This document shows, piece after piece, positions 1-9,737 of a stretch of 53,464 nt of DNA. Under the pieces are notes generated by a model. The model was not told the DNA's origin. It worked only from the letters and a program-made list of their open reading frames with translations, and searched no databases. This DNA is from Nitrospirota bacterium (GTDB lineage Bacteria; Nitrospirota; Nitrospiria; Nitrospirales; NS-4): the NCBI GenBank assembly GCA_005877615.1, contig VBOD01000107.1, positions 1-53,464 of the forward strand. Direction: 5' to 3'. Numbering within the stretch: position 1 is the stretch's first letter; every line of letters begins with the position of its first letter. The position numbers were made by a program, and so were the translations under genes.

Positions 1-391
1 CATCCCGGAGATCGAACAGGAGCTCGGCGTGACCGTCTCGTTCACCCCGCATCTGGTGCCCATGACGCGGGGAATCCTCAGCACCGCGTACGTGCGCCTG
101 CGGGAGGCCCGCACCACGGAACAGCTGACGGCACTGTATCGAGACTTCTACAAGAACGAGCCGTTCGTGCGGGTGTTGGACCCGGGACAATCGCCGAATC
201 CGCTGCATACCCGCGGCGCCAACTTCTGCGAGGTCTCGGCCTTCGTCGACCCGCGGACCGGCACGGCCACGCTGATGGCCGCTCTCGACAATCTGGTCAA
301 GGGCGCAGCCGGCCAGGCCATCCAAGCGTTCAACCTCATGCAGGGATGGGACGAAACGCTGGGACTTCAGGACTCCGGCCTCTATCCATAA
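1..391 (+). CDS. argC: N-acetyl-gamma-glutamyl-phosphate reductase, 3' part (runs off the window start)
   Basis: HPEIEQEL, FTPHLVPMTRGILST and DNLVKGAAGQAIQ motifs; directly upstream of argJ. Confidence 0.95.
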   Translation, partial: IPEIEQELGVTVSFTPHLVPMTRGILSTAYVRLREARTTEQLTALYRDFYKNEPFVRVLDPGQSPNPLHTRGANFCEVSAFVDPRTGTATLMAALDNLVKGAAGQAIQAFNLMQGWDETLGLQDSGLYP

Positions 392-410
392 AGATCCAAG
401 AAGGATCGCG

Positions 411-1619
<1,209 letters not shown>

Positions 1620-1634
1620 GCGACAATATTTCGC

Positions 1635-1663
1635 TTGAAAAGCCCGTGGTCGCGTGCTAGTTT
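1635..1663 (+). promoter_or_regulatory. Putative sigma70 promoter of the rpsB operon
   Basis: TTGAAA-17 nt-TAGTTT with TG extended -10. Confidence 0.6.
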
Positions 1664-1669
1664 TCACAG

Positions 1670-1854
1670 GCTTGGTTGGAGTGGTCGCGGTGACGGTCGT
1701 TCCTGCTGGCCGTGAAGCCGGCGGTCATTATCCACAATCTCGGAACGTCCGCCCTAGCGGACGGGATATCGGCGCCCTAAGGACCTGAAAAATCCTCCCG
1801 CTCTGCTTTCCCGATCAGGGCGGGTCGCGCCGGTACAAGAAAGGGGGTGACGGG
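1670..1854 (+). promoter_or_regulatory. Long structured rpsB 5' leader, possible S2 autoregulatory element
   Basis: About 185 nt leader with hairpins cgtccgc-ccta-gcggacg and cccgctctg...cagggcggg; rpsB leaders are commonly autoregulatory. Confidence 0.4.
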
Positions 1855-2622
1855 ATGGGCGTGATCACGATCAAGGAACTCCTGGAGGCCGGCGTGCACT
1901 TCGGCCACCAGACCAATCGATGGAACCCGAAGATGAAGCGGTACATCTTCGGGGAGCGCAACGGCATTTACATCATCGACCTGCAACAGACCCTCGCGCG
2001 GTTCGAGGCCGCCTACGATTTCGTCCGGCAGACCATCGCCCAAGGCGACTCCGCCCTCTTCGTCGGCACCAAGCGACAGACCAGCACGATCGTCGAAGAA
2101 GAAGCCAAGCGTTGCCAGATGTTCAACGTCTCGCAGCGCTGGCTGGGCGGCATGCTCACGAACTTCAACACGATCCGTAAGAGCATCGAAAAGTTGCGCA
2201 AGATCGAGGCCGCGGCGAGCGACGGTACGTTCGAGCGCCTGCCCAAGAAGGAAGTCGCGAAGCTGGAAAAGGAACGGCTGCGGCTCGAAGCGAGCCTGGG
2301 CGGCATCAAGGGCATGAACACCCTGCCCGGCTTCATCTACGTGGCCGACACGCGTGGCGAGCGCATCGCCATCCTGGAGGCGAACCGGCTGGACATCCCC
2401 GTCGTCGCCATCGTGGACACCAACTGCGACCCCGACGGGATTGATTACCCCATCCCGGGCAACGACGACGCGATCCGCTCCGTCAAGTTTATCACCTCCA
2501 AGATCGCTGACGCCGTAATCGAAGGGCTGCACCTGCGCGCCCAGCGCGCCGAGGAAGAGAAGCCCGGGGCCATGTCCCCGGCAGACTTGCGGGCCGTCCA
2601 GGCCGCCGGCGCCGGAGTCTAA
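1855..2622 (+). CDS. rpsB: 30S ribosomal protein S2
   Basis: [39 protein letters not shown]. Confidence 0.99.
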   Translation: MGVITIKELLEAGVHFGHQTNRWNPKMKRYIFGERNGIYIIDLQQTLARFEAAYDFVRQTIAQGDSALFVGTKRQTSTIVEEEAKRCQMFNVSQRWLGGMLTNFNTIRKSIEKLRKIEAAASDGTFERLPKKEVAKLEKERLRLEASLGGIKGMNTLPGFIYVADTRGERIAILEANRLDIPVVAIVDTNCDPDGIDYPIPGNDDAIRSVKFITSKIADAVIEGLHLRAQRAEEEKPGAMSPADLRAVQAAGAGV

Positions 2623-2664
2623 CGCCAGACCCGCAACCCGAAGTCAGCAAGGAATCGGAGGACC

Positions 2665-3264
2665 ATGGCAGGAGACAGCGCACTCGTCAAGCAACTCCGG
2701 CAGAAGACCGGAGCCGGCATCATGGACTGCAAGCAGGCCCTGGTGGAAAACGGAGACGACATCAGCAAGGCCATCGACTGGCTGCGGCAAAAAGGCCTGG
2801 CCGTGGCCGGGAAGAAGGCCGGACGCGCCACGAACGAAGGCGTGATCGCCTCCTACATCCACCCTGGCAGCAAGGTCGGGGTGTTGATCGAGGTCAACTG
2901 CGAAACCGATTTCGTGGCCCGGAACGACGAATTTCAGGCCCTGGTCCGCGACCTGACCCTCCAGATCGCTGCGTCCAAGCCCCTGTACGTCCGGCGGGAG
3001 GACGTCCCGCAGTCCGTGATCGACAAAGAACTGGAAATCTATCGAGGCCAGGCGAAAGAGTTGGGCAAGCCCCAAGCCGCGTGGGAGAAGATCGCCACAG
3101 GCAAGCTGGAAAAATTCTATCAGGACACGTGCTTGATGGAGCAGCTCTTCATCAAGGACCCGAGTCTGAAGATCGCCGACCTGATCAAGCAGAAGATCGC
3201 CAAGATCGGCGAGAACATCACCGTCCGGCGCTTCACCCGGTTCCAACTCGGTGAGGAGGAATGA
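2665..3264 (+). CDS. tsf: Elongation factor Ts (short, about 200 aa form)
   Basis: [37 protein letters not shown]. Confidence 0.98.
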   Translation: MAGDSALVKQLRQKTGAGIMDCKQALVENGDDISKAIDWLRQKGLAVAGKKAGRATNEGVIASYIHPGSKVGVLIEVNCETDFVARNDEFQALVRDLTLQIAASKPLYVRREDVPQSVIDKELEIYRGQAKELGKPQAAWEKIATGKLEKFYQDTCLMEQLFIKDPSLKIADLIKQKIAKIGENITVRRFTRFQLGEEE

Positions 3265-3992
3265 GCCAGCCGGCGTACAAGCGCATCCTCCTGAAAATCA
3301 GCGGAGAAGTGCTTGCTGGCGAGCAGTCTTTCGGGATCGACTCGCGGATGATCGACTACATCGCCTCGGAGATCGCGGAGGTAGCCGCGATGGGCGTCGA
3401 GGTCGCGGTGGTCATCGGTGGGGGGAACATTTTCCGTGGGCTCGACGCCGCCGACGGCGGCATGGAGCGGGCGTCGGCCGATTACATGGGCATGCTGGCC
3501 ACCATGCTCAACGCGCTCGCCCTGCAGAACGCGCTCGAGAAACGGGATGTGGTCACCCGCGTCCAGTCCGCCATCGAAATGCGCCAACTGGCCGAAGGCT
3601 ACATCCGCCGGCGCGCGATCCGACACCTGGAAAAGAAGCGCGTGGTCATTTTCGCGGCGGGCACTGGCAACCCGTATTTCTCCACTGACACGGCCGCCGC
3701 GCTTCGCGCGATGGAGATCGGCGCCGAGATCATCCTCAAGGGTACCAAGGTCTCCGGCATCTACGACGACGATCCCATGAAGAATCCCCGCGCGACCAAA
3801 TACACAAAGCTGTCCTTCCTCACCGTCATCGACAAGCGCCTCAAAGTCATGGACTCGACCGCCATCTCCCTGTGCATGGACCACAACCTCCCCATCATCG
3901 TGTTCAACGTCAAGGAGAAGGGCAACATCAAGCGCATTGTCCAGGGAGAGCAACTCGGCACATTGGTCACAGACGAAGCCGCCCCAGCGTAG
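3261..3992 (+). CDS. pyrH: UMP kinase
   Basis: [36 protein letters not shown]. Confidence 0.99.
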   Translation: MSQPAYKRILLKISGEVLAGEQSFGIDSRMIDYIASEIAEVAAMGVEVAVVIGGGNIFRGLDAADGGMERASADYMGMLATMLNALALQNALEKRDVVTRVQSAIEMRQLAEGYIRRRAIRHLEKKRVVIFAAGTGNPYFSTDTAAALRAMEIGAEIILKGTKVSGIYDDDPMKNPRATKYTKLSFLTVIDKRLKVMDSTAISLCMDHNLPIIVFNVKEKGNIKRIVQGEQLGTLVTDEAAPA

Positions 3993-4008
3993 CGCCCCGA
4001 GGGACACC

Positions 4009-4566
4009 ATGGAATTCCCGCAGAAGAAAAAAGCCACGGAGAAAATGGAGGGCCAGATCGACCACCTGCGGCACGAGATGGCCGCGATCCGCACGGGCCG
4101 TGCCTCGATCGGCCTCCTGGATCACGTCCGGGTGGACTACTACGGCACGCCCACGCCCCTCAAGCAGGTCGCCTCGCTGGCCGCGCCCGAGAACCGACTC
4201 CTCACCGTCCAGCCATTCGACCCCAAGATGATCAAGGACATCGAGAAGGCGATTCTGGCCTCTGACCTCGGCCTGACCCCGACGAACGACGGCAAGCTCA
4301 TCCGCCTCCCGATCCCGCCGCTCACCGAGGAGCGCCGCAAGGAGCTGGTGAAGCTCGCGAAGAAGATCGCGGAGGAAATCCGGGTCCACATCCGCAACAT
4401 CCGGCGGGACGTGCTCGAGGAGATCAAGAAGGCCCAGAAGGCCTCCCAGATGACCGAGGACGAGGTCAAGAAGGCCCACGACGAGCTCCAGAAACTGACA
4501 GATGCGTACATCACCAAAGTGGACGAGACCCTCAAGAAGAAGGAGGCGGAGATCACCGAAATTTGA
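4009..4566 (+). CDS. frr: Ribosome recycling factor
   Basis: IRTGRAS, VDYYGTPTPL, IPPLTEERRKEL; ATG at 4009 after GAGGG gives 185 aa. Confidence 0.98.
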   Translation: MEFPQKKKATEKMEGQIDHLRHEMAAIRTGRASIGLLDHVRVDYYGTPTPLKQVASLAAPENRLLTVQPFDPKMIKDIEKAILASDLGLTPTNDGKLIRLPIPPLTEERRKELVKLAKKIAEEIRVHIRNIRRDVLEEIKKAQKASQMTEDEVKKAHDELQKLTDAYITKVDETLKKKEAEITEI

Positions 4567-5666
4567 ATTCCACCGTCGTCGAGATTTCCCTGCCCGCCCT
4601 CCGCCATAACCTCCGTCAAGTCGCGCGTCGCGTCGGGACGGTATCCATCATCGCCGTCGTCAAGGCCAACGCGTACGGCCACGGGGTCGTGCCCGTCACG
4701 CGCACGCTCCTGACAGCCGGGGCGCACCAACTGGGCGTCGCCACGGTGGCGGAAGGCCAGGAGCTCCGGCACGCCGGCATCACCGCTCCGATCCTGGTGA
4801 TGGGCGGCATCTTCCCGGACGACGTGCCGCTTCTCCAGGAGCTCAATCTGACGCCGGTGCTGCCCTCGCGGGACGCCATCCTGATGGCTGCCCGCCTCGT
4901 GAAATCCCGTTCCGCGCCCCTGCCCGTCCACCTCAAAGTGGACACCGGGATGAGCCGCCTGGGACTCGCGCAGGAAGAATTCCTGGGCATCCTCCGCTCC
5001 AGCTGGCCTCCAACCCTGCGCCTCGATGGCCTGATGAGCCATCTCGCCTCGGCTGACTCGCACGACGGTGCGTCGGCCGAAAACCAACTGGCCCGCTTCC
5101 GCGAGCTGCTCGACGCGGCGAAGTCAGCTGGCCTGGCGGTGCCGGCTGCGCACATCGCCAACAGCGCCGCCATCCTGCGCTTCCCGGCGAGCTACTTCGA
5201 CCTCGTGCGTCCCGGCCTCATGCTGTACGGGTACGTCAACGGGCCGTCGGCCGCAGCCGATCTCCGTCCCGCGCTCTCGTGGAAGACCCACATCGTGCAG
5301 GTCAAACACGTCGGCGCGGGCCAGCCGGTCAGCTACGGCGGGACGTTCGTCACATCGCGTCCCTCGACCCTGGCCATCCTGCCGGTCGGCTACGCCGATG
5401 GGTACAGCCGCGCCCTGTCCAACAGGGGGCACGTGCTGGTCGGCGGCAGGGCGGTTCCGATCGTCGGGCGGGTCTGCATGGACCTCACGGTGGTAGACGT
5501 GACGGCCCTCCCGGAGGCCCGTCCCGGCGACGAGGCAATGCTGTTGGGCAGGCAGGGCGCCGCTGCGATCACAGCGGATGACCTGGCCGCGTGGCAGGAC
5601 ACCATCAGCTACGAAGTCCTCTGCCAGATCAGCCCCCGCCTCCCGCGCGTCTATCTGGAAGACTGA
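4563..5666 (+). CDS. alr: Alanine racemase
   Basis: AVVKANAYGHG (PLP lysine), HLKVDTGMSRLG, GYADGY, GRVCMD, TISYE; TTG start overlaps the frr stop. Confidence 0.97.
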   Translation: MNSTVVEISLPALRHNLRQVARRVGTVSIIAVVKANAYGHGVVPVTRTLLTAGAHQLGVATVAEGQELRHAGITAPILVMGGIFPDDVPLLQELNLTPVLPSRDAILMAARLVKSRSAPLPVHLKVDTGMSRLGLAQEEFLGILRSSWPPTLRLDGLMSHLASADSHDGASAENQLARFRELLDAAKSAGLAVPAAHIANSAAILRFPASYFDLVRPGLMLYGYVNGPSAAADLRPALSWKTHIVQVKHVGAGQPVSYGGTFVTSRPSTLAILPVGYADGYSRALSNRGHVLVGGRAVPIVGRVCMDLTVVDVTALPEARPGDEAMLLGRQGAAAITADDLAAWQDTISYEVLCQISPRLPRVYLED

Positions 5667-5747
5667 TCCCCGCGCCCCATCTTGCCACGTCCGGATAAAA
5701 CCGGTATGGTATAGTCACGTCCGTCATTTCCCTGAAAGGGGCCGCGA

Positions 5748-6527
5748 ATGACCTCGTCAGTGCTCCGTCTCGACGACACGCTCAAAGGCTACGTCTTAAC
5801 AGTCCAAGAATTTGCGCAGCTCTGCGCGGCCGCGTTCGCTGGCGCCTTCCGGCGTCCCTGGTACCTCCGGGATACGCTCTACCACATGGACCAGATCGGA
5901 GTGGGCTCTCTTTTCATCGTCCTCCTGACTGGGATTTTCACCGGCATGGTCCTGGCGTTGCAGGGGGCTATCCAGCTCGAGCCGTACGGCGCGGTCCAGT
6001 ACATCTCCCGTCTGATCAGCACGTCCGTCGTACGGGAACTCGGCCCGGTGCTCGCCGCCCTCATGATCGCCGGACGGGTCGGTTCCGGCATCGCCTCCGA
6101 GCTGGCGTCCATGCAAGTCACCGAGCAGATCGACGCGCTCAGGGCCGAAGGGACGGACCCCATCAAGAAACTGGTCACCCCGCGACTGGTGGCCTCGGTG
6201 ATCATGGTCCCTGTGCTGACCGTCATCACCAACGGGATCGCATTGCTCGGTGGGTTCGTGATCGCCCACTTCTACTTGAGCATCGACCCCTACTTTTATT
6301 GGACGTGGGCGTTTGAGGCCTTGCGCCTCCACGACCTGATTTACGGTCTCATCAAACCGACCGTCTTCGGCTTCATCATCTGTATGGTCGGCTGCTACGC
6401 CGGCCTCAACACGGCCGGCGGGACTGTGGGAGTCGGTCAGTCGACGACCCAAGCGATGGTCACTTCCTCCATCCTCATTCTCATGACCGACTTTTTCATG
6501 ACCAAGGTGTTCGTCTTTCTCGGTTGA
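5748..6527 (+). CDS. mlaE: MlaE-family ABC transporter permease
   Basis: VRELGPVLAALMIAGRVGSGIASEL, TEQIDAL; hydrophobic. Confidence 0.93.
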   Translation: MTSSVLRLDDTLKGYVLTVQEFAQLCAAAFAGAFRRPWYLRDTLYHMDQIGVGSLFIVLLTGIFTGMVLALQGAIQLEPYGAVQYISRLISTSVVRELGPVLAALMIAGRVGSGIASELASMQVTEQIDALRAEGTDPIKKLVTPRLVASVIMVPVLTVITNGIALLGGFVIAHFYLSIDPYFYWTWAFEALRLHDLIYGLIKPTVFGFIICMVGCYAGLNTAGGTVGVGQSTTQAMVTSSILILMTDFFMTKVFVFLG

Positions 6528-6534
6528 GGCGCGC

Positions 6535-7344
6535 GTGATCCGGTTCACCAACGTGTGCATGATGTTTCACGGCCGGCCGGTCCTCAAGGATTTCACCATG
6601 GAGGTTCCTTCCGGACACACGGTGGTGATCCTGGGGGGCAGCGGCGGCGGCAAGACGACCGTGCTGCGCCTGATCCTGGGCCTGCTCCGCCCGGACTCCG
6701 GCTCCATCCGCGTCGACGGGCGGGAAATCGTCGGGCTTCCCGAACGAAACATGGTTGCGATCCGTGCCCACATGGCGATGGTCTTCCAAGGATCCGCGCT
6801 GTTCGACTCACTCACCGTCCGCGAGAACGTGGGCTATCGTCTCTACGAGGAGCAGTCCCTTCCGGACGATGCCATCGAACGGAAGATCGTCGAATCATTG
6901 TGTTTCGTCGGGCTGGAAGACACGCTCGAGAAGATGCCGGCCGAACTCAGCGGCGGCATGCGCAAGCGGGTCGCGATCGCGCGTGCCCTGGCCTGCAGTC
7001 CGGAGGTGATCCTCTATGATGAACCGACGGCAGGACTGGATCCGATCAACACCCACCTGATCAACGAGTTGATCTGCCGGCTTCAGAAAGAGGAGTGCCT
7101 CACGCAGGTGGTGGTCACGCACGACCTCGACACGGCCTATCGCGTTGCGGACCGGCTGATCATGATCCACCGGGGAGAAAAACTCTTCGACGGCACCTTG
7201 GACATGCTGAAAACCGCGGACGACCCGCGCATCCGGACCTTCCTCCGCCCGCATGAGATCCTGGCGACGCCGGGATGCTTCCCAGATAAGGACGGAGGGA
7301 TTCGTGTGGTCGCACCGACCATGGACGAGGAGACACCGGCATGA
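6535..7344 (+). CDS. mlaF: MlaF-family ABC transporter ATPase
   Basis: Walker A GGSGGGKT, FQGSALFDSLTV, LSGGMRKRV, LYDEPTAGLDP, VVTHD. Confidence 0.93.
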   Translation: MIRFTNVCMMFHGRPVLKDFTMEVPSGHTVVILGGSGGGKTTVLRLILGLLRPDSGSIRVDGREIVGLPERNMVAIRAHMAMVFQGSALFDSLTVRENVGYRLYEEQSLPDDAIERKIVESLCFVGLEDTLEKMPAELSGGMRKRVAIARALACSPEVILYDEPTAGLDPINTHLINELICRLQKEECLTQVVVTHDLDTAYRVADRLIMIHRGEKLFDGTLDMLKTADDPRIRTFLRPHEILATPGCFPDKDGGIRVVAPTMDEETPA

Positions 7345-8321
7345 GGCCCCGCGCACAGGTGCGTTGGTTGCAGCTCAAGGTCGGCCTGGTCATCATCGCC
7401 GCCGTCGCCGGGATACTGGTCGCCATCATGAACCTCAATGAGGGCATGGGGCTCTTCCGTCAGCAAGCGACCTTCCGCGCCCTGGTGGATGACAGTCATG
7501 GCATCAAGGTCGGGGCGCCCGTCCGTCTCAACGGGGTGGACACGGGCAATATCATCCGCATCGCCATCGACAGCAGCAGCGGCAAAGTGTCGCTCACCTT
7601 CACCATCAACCAGGACATCGTCCCGCTCCTGCGCCGCGATGCCGCCGTGCTGATCCGACCGATGGGGCTGCTCGGGGACAAATATCTGGAACTCCTCCCC
7701 GGCACCCCCAAGGAGCCGCCTCTCCAGAATGGTTCGGTCCTCACCGGGCAAGCCGAGAGCGACATTACCGGCCTGGCCGACAGTGCGACGGCCACGCTGG
7801 AGAACGTGAATCGCAGCCTCAAGGACCTCCAGACGATTCTCACTGGCTTGAAGGAAGGCAAAGGCACCGCGGGCAAGCTCGTGACCGACCCGGCCCTCTT
7901 CGACCACACGACGACGCTCCTCCGCAAGGCGGAGGCAATCTCCGACAAGGCTTCCCAACTGCTCGCCAGGATCGAAAAGGGAGAAGGCACTCTGGGCCAG
8001 TTGGTCATGGACCGGGCGTTCTATGACCGGGCCGCGGCGGCCGTGGATGAACTGCAGAAGGTGGCCGCTTTGCTCAACCAGCCCAACGGCAGCCTGGGAC
8101 GGCTGGCACGCGACCCGTCGTTGTATCAGCGATTGGAGGGCATCACCACGAAAAGCGAGGCCTTGGTCGGGAAGATCGAGCGTGGCGACGGCACCCTCGG
8201 CAAGCTGGTCACCCAGGACCAGCTTTATCAACGGGCCGACAAGGTGTTGACCGAGATGGAGACTCTGCTGGCAGACGTCAAGAAGAATCCGACCAAGTAC
8301 TTCAAGTTCTCCGTGTTCTAG
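7341..8321 (+). CDS. mlaD: MlaD/MCE-family protein with long helical repeat tail
   Basis: N-terminal TM helix, MCE motifs GAPVRLNGV and GLLGDKYLEL.PG, four GxGxLGxL..D..LY repeats. Confidence 0.9.
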   Translation: MRPRAQVRWLQLKVGLVIIAAVAGILVAIMNLNEGMGLFRQQATFRALVDDSHGIKVGAPVRLNGVDTGNIIRIAIDSSSGKVSLTFTINQDIVPLLRRDAAVLIRPMGLLGDKYLELLPGTPKEPPLQNGSVLTGQAESDITGLADSATATLENVNRSLKDLQTILTGLKEGKGTAGKLVTDPALFDHTTTLLRKAEAISDKASQLLARIEKGEGTLGQLVMDRAFYDRAAAAVDELQKVAALLNQPNGSLGRLARDPSLYQRLEGITTKSEALVGKIERGDGTLGKLVTQDQLYQRADKVLTEMETLLADVKKNPTKYFKFSVF

Positions 8322-8332
8322 CCAGCAGTCAT

Positions 8333-8641
8333 TTAGGTCTTCAGTTTCCGTCCCAGACGCTTCTCCACGCTTGCGACCTTGGCGTGCAGGCGCCCCTGGG
8401 CCCCCTTGCGGTAGTCCACCTTGATCGAACACGAGATGCGGTTGCAGTCTTTCTTCATCCGCTCGAAGCACTGCTTCACGACCCCCAACACGTCGTCCCA
8501 GTCGCCTTCCAGGACCGTCCCCATCGGGTTGAGCCGGTAGTCCACTCCGCTCTTGTCCACGATCTCCAGCGACCGGGCCACGTACTTGCCGACGCTCTCC
8601 CCTTTCCCCAACGGCGACATGCTGAACTCCAGAAGCACCAT
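8333..8641 (-). CDS. MTH1187/YkoF-family thiamine-binding protein
   Basis: EFSMSPLG.GESV..YVA, YRLNPMGTVLEG, IKVDYR, KVASVE. Confidence 0.9.
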   Translation of the reverse strand: MVLLEFSMSPLGKGESVGKYVARSLEIVDKSGVDYRLNPMGTVLEGDWDDVLGVVKQCFERMKKDCNRISCSIKVDYRKGAQGRLHAKVASVEKRLGRKLKT

Positions 8642-8662
8642 CGCTCACGTTCCTTTCTTTGA

Positions 8663-8713
8663 GGGGACTGGCTACTTTTCTTCTTTGCGTCCCAAGAAAA
8701 GTTGCCTGTCCCC
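8663..8713. repeat. REP-like palindrome, copy 1 (GGGGACWGGCTACTTTTC type)
   Basis: ggggactggctacttttctt (8663-8682) pairs with aagaaaagttgcctgtcccc (8694-8713), 2 mismatches; near-identical to 10656-10697. Confidence 0.85.
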
Positions 8714-8835
8714 GTTTTCTGTCTCTCAGATACACCACTTCGCCCCAGAAAACCAGGCCCATCCGAACCCTCGCCCCTTCACCCCTACCGAAATTTTCCT
8801 CCCGGTTTTACCTTTTGCTGACCTCCCGAGTCTTA

Positions 8836-8864
8836 TTGACAAGACAGTCGGAGCGGCTTACTGT
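8836..8864 (+). promoter_or_regulatory. sigma70 promoter for the coiled-coil gene
   Basis: TTGACA-17 nt-TACTGT, followed by GGAGG and ATG 8887. Confidence 0.7.
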
Positions 8865-8886
8865 TCAACGTCACGGCGGAGGCGGC

Positions 8887-9300
8887 ATGGATCAGGAACT
8901 TGTTCAGTACCTCGAAGAGCGATTTGACCGCCAGGAGCAACGACTCAACGCTCGATTCGATCGGATTGAACAACGACTAGACGGGCACGACCAGCGGTTC
9001 GAGCAGATCGACCGGCGATTCGAGGGGATTGACCGCCGCTTTGATGAAGTAAATGACCGGATCGAAGAGGTCAAGCGCCACAGCGGCGTCCTGATCGAAG
9101 ACCTTCGTTACCAGGTCCGGCTTGTGGCCGAGGGGTTCGCGACCTTCGTGGAAGGGCGATATGCTCAGGACCAGACTCGTATTGACGAACGCTTCAACGA
9201 AACCCAGGCGTTGCTCCGCACATCGTTCGAGCACCTCACTCGGCAAGACGACCAGCTCCGCCAGCGCGTGGAGAACCTCGAACAGAGGGATCAGAGTTAG
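8887..9300 (+). CDS. Heptad-repeat coiled-coil hypothetical protein (137 aa)
   Basis: GGAGG then ATG 8887; repeats RFDRQEQ/RFDRIEQ/RLDGHDQ/RFEQIDR/RFEGIDR/RFDEVND; C-terminal LRQRVENLE. Confidence 0.85.
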   Translation: MDQELVQYLEERFDRQEQRLNARFDRIEQRLDGHDQRFEQIDRRFEGIDRRFDEVNDRIEEVKRHSGVLIEDLRYQVRLVAEGFATFVEGRYAQDQTRIDERFNETQALLRTSFEHLTRQDDQLRQRVENLEQRDQS

Positions 9301-9351
9301 GTCCCTCTTCGCCCAGCAGCCTCCGCAAATCTTGCAGAAGTCACATCAGCT

Positions 9352-9449
9352 CCTCTCCCCTGACAGGAGAGCCCTCCCGTTATCCCTCCCCCCTTGCGGG
9401 GGTCACACCATCCCCTCTCCCCTGGCGGGAGAGGGTCAGGGTGAGGGGG
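9352..9449. repeat. Three copies (two degenerate) of a CCCTCTCCC...GGGAGAGGG-AGGGTGAGGG palindromic repeat
   Basis: cctctcccctgacaggagag, ccctcccccttgcgggggg, and cccctctcccctggcgggagagggtcagggtgagggg; related copy at 18873-18920. Confidence 0.8.
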
Positions 9450-9454
9450 CATTT

Positions 9455-9502
9455 TCATTGCGAGCGTAGCACCGCGTCATCGCGAGCGCAGCGAAGCAAT
9501 CT
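9455..9502 (+). repeat. CGTC-tagged palindromic repeat halves
   Basis: tcattgcgagcgtagc (9455-9470) and cgtcatcgcgagcgcagcgaagcaatct (9475-9502), resembling the widespread CGTCATTGCGAGCG...GAAGCAATC repeat. Confidence 0.7.
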
Positions 9503-9554
9503 AACAGCAGGGATTCGGATCTGAAGACAGAGGCGGGAAGAAGCGAAGGGGGAA

Positions 9555-9641
9555 ATGGCGGCTGACTCTGAAATTAAAGAAGAAAGGCTAGAGGTTTTCA
9601 GCGATGATGAAATCGCGAAGGGTTATACACTTGATACCTAG
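9555..9641 (+). pseudogene. 28-codon ORF or truncated 5' gene remnant
   Basis: AAGGGGG SD then ATG; MAADSEIKEERLEVFSDDEIAKGYTLDT*; AT-rich compared with flanking genes. Confidence 0.4.
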
Positions 9642-9737
9642 TGCATCGCAGACGTCTGGAATATGACCCCTACCCATTCGGAAATGGAGCCAGTCCCCTG
9701 CTTCTGCTACACTTCCTTGCCATAACCGGAGACATCC

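Noticed and set aside
2665-3264. Short EF-Ts as a possible truncation
   Set aside because: The roughly 200-aa EF-Ts form is well known in several phyla and both termini are intact
8659-8886. 76-aa N-terminal extension of the 213-aa ORF (contains KVACPRF)
   Set aside because: It is translation of the palindromic repeat and promoter region; the promoter and SD point to ATG 8887
8920-9070. 21-nt periodic repeats as a possible CRISPR array or VNTR
   Set aside because: Degenerate in-frame heptad coding repeats with no spacers and no cas genes
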